The translations under genes and the position numbers were made by a program. This document shows, piece after piece, positions 63,931-64,000 of a stretch of DNA of 64,000 nt (position 1 is the stretch's first letter; each line of letters starts with the position of its first letter). The notes beneath the pieces are model-generated. The model was given only the letters and a program-made list of their open reading frames with translations, was not told where the DNA came from and did no database searches. The stretch is from Paraspadella gotoi (Eukaryota; Animalia; Chaetognatha): assembly GCA_051294375.1 (NCBI GenBank), contig CM119270.1:3774301-3838300 (forward strand), read 5' to 3'.

Positions 63931-64000
63931 ACGAACTGTGAAAAAAAAAACCGTTTTTGATAGAACTATTGCAGGAGGCATTAGTCAACTGAGGTGAAGC

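Overview
Eukaryotic (animal-type) draft-genome scaffold, rich in microsatellites ((GA)n, (GAC)n, (GAT)n, (TTTC)n). Six gaps of exactly 25 N sit next to error-rich duplicated blocks, a pattern typical of long-read gap filling, so much of 15.8-53.2 kb is probably the same sequence assembled 2-4 times. Two intron-containing genes are recognisable, both on the + strand. (1) CASK/LIN-2 (CaMK-L27-PDZ-SH3-GuK, about 8.06-12.54 kb), full of indels that look like sequencing errors. (2) An 8-exon gene at 58483-63637 that splices into an about 700-aa protein with the architecture ArfGAP-PH-PH-PLAT/LH2-CARD. It is an ADAP/centaurin-alpha homologue whose ArfGAP catalytic arginine is replaced by Gln, extended by a lipid-binding PLAT domain and an Apaf-1-like CARD. 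I know of no described protein with this architecture, and it is the main candidate for a new system (a membrane-sensing caspase-recruitment adaptor). Also present: a Penelope-type palindrome containing a minimal hammerhead ribozyme about 640 bp upstream of that gene, a Tc1/mariner-type MITE with TA target duplication, a MITE family enclosing degenerate TTAGGG-like arrays, a tRNA-derived SINE-like head, a multi-hairpin intronic element, and CCAAT-box and E-box arrays. All domain calls come from manual comparison with remembered family motifs; no database search was run.
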